DNA from: Podarcis pityusensis
Lineage: Eukaryota
Assembly (NCBI GenBank): GCA_964106645.2
Contig: OZ067041.1
DNA: 64,000 bases
Strand: one strand, 5' to 3'
In this document: in pieces, positions 62,599 to 64,000 of the stretch
How the letters are laid out: each line of letters begins with the position of its first letter
How positions within the stretch are numbered: the stretch's first letter is position 1
Made by a program: the position numbers and the translations under genes
Notes under the pieces: model-generated
The model's database searches: none
What the model was told of the DNA's origin: nothing
What the model saw: only the letters and a program-made list of their open reading frames with translations

Positions 62599-63571
62599 AC
62601 TCCCAGGCAAGTGTGTTTAGGATTGCAGACTGAAGTTCCCTCCTGTCCATTGTCTTTGTTTCCAACAGCAGCCAGTCAAATGCTTCTAGGTATCTCCAAA
62701 CAATGATGTTTGACCTTTAGCAACTGGTATCCAGAGGTCATCTGCCTTTCTACGAGGGTGTTCCATTTAGTAATTACCGATATTTCATGAATTGATCTAA
62801 TTGCCTTTTATAGTTCCATGTAAACCACTGTGTATCACCACGTCTTGTGGTGCCAATGGGAACTTCCTTCTCTTTGCAAATGTCCGCTTTGGAGAAGCCA
62901 TCTTCATCGGGGCTGGAGCAGAGGAAGGAAAGGATTAAACCCCACTCTATCTGCTGTGATCCTTATAATTACCAGCTTCCACAGTGGGTGCTATTTGCAT
63001 TTAAACAAAACAAACAAACACCCACATGCGTGTTAAATGCAAAGGAACATTTAACATCACTTTGAATTTGGCCCAAAGTGATAACAAATCAAATATAGGT
63101 TCCCAGGGAGGCTGTCATTCTTGATGTGCTATTTCTAGGGCACTAAACATTATATATAGTGCTTATGCTTACTGTTTAGCACCTTTATTGGTCTTGCGGG
63201 TATTCTGAAGCAATGAGAAGGCACAGCAGAAAAATATGAGGGGAAGATGCAGGCTACAGAAACATTTCCCCTCAAAATAGTTGCATATAAGTATTTATTT
63301 ATTTGTGTTGTAACTAGATAATGTTTTTTAAAAAACATTTCCAGCGCTATTTTATATGCACATTATTTTAACAAAGTGTGTGCAGAAACTAACAAAAAGT
63401 ATTTTGTCTCAACAACTTTGTTATCATCAGTTTGGTTAAAACAGTATATAGTTCTTGTTACATGATGGCCTTTAAGGTTTATATAGCATGTCTGTTGTCA
63501 CCTCTCCCTGGTGACGCTCTCCCTGGAAGATGGAGGGGGAAAATAACCCCTTCCCTTTTCTCTTCATGTAG

Positions 63572-63740
63572 AATCCACATAGAAGACATCAGCCAGAGTG
63601 TGCTGCTCTACATGACTGAAAAGCTTGGCTATAAGAACAGTGATGTCATCAATACCGTCCTCTCCAACCGGGCTTGCCACACTTTGGCCATCTACATCCT
63701 GCTTAATAAGAAGCTGGAACGCTATTTGGCAGGCCTTAGA
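63572..63740 (+). CDS. HUNK: HUNK exon 7 (UBA-like/SNH region); gene continues beyond the window
   Basis: Acceptor cttttctcttcatgtag|; IHIEDISQSVLLYMTEKLGYKNSDVINTVLSNRACHTLAIYILLNKKLERYLAGLR; donor AGA|gtaagt; 169 nt. Confidence 0.94.
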
Positions 63741-63769
63741 GTAAGTTTGGTTGATACGATTTATATCCT

Positions 63770-63937
63770 ATGCCCTTTTAAAATGTGGGTTTTTTTGTGT
63801 GTTGAGGGGCTATTGGGTTGTTTTTATTTTTATTAAGTATTTTATGGTTTTATATCGTGATTTTATTCTGTGAACCGCCCTGAGACCCCTGGGTTTAGGG
63901 CAATATATAAAATAATAATAATAATAATAATAATAAT
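63770..63937 (+). mobile_element. L2 3' tail ending in (AAT)n, ~30 bp after the exon 7 donor
   Basis: tgtgaaccgccctgagacc...agggcaatatataaaataataat; similar short tails at ~27160-27215 (plus) and ~2455-2530 (minus). Confidence 0.7.
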
Positions 63938-64000
63938 GGGGCTTGAATGACCATTCCCCAAGACTTGAACTCAGGTGCTGAGTTCTGAAGGCAGTGCAGT

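Overview
Vertebrate genomic DNA, most likely from a lacertid-type lizard (inferred from a Sauria/Squam1 SINE and squamate-type L2, CR1, RTE and MITE families). The window holds two divergently transcribed genes, each starting in a CpG island. On the minus strand is coding exon 1 of SCAF4 (6466-6495, MEAVNAFNQE, missed by the ORF track), with part of its intron 1 running off the left edge. On the plus strand are coding exons 1-7 of the kinase HUNK (21484-63740; 1173 nt, 391 codons, all GT-AG, phases consistent), continuing off the right edge. The rest is intronic or intergenic and rich in transposons, several with readable target-site duplications (TSDs). I see no prokaryote-style novel system. 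The best leads are regulatory: candidate premature-terminal and poison exons with a polyA signal in SCAF4 intron 1, a divergent CTCF motif pair between the two promoters, and inverted SINEs bracketing HUNK intron 1. Repeat-family names and human comparisons come from recall, not database searches.
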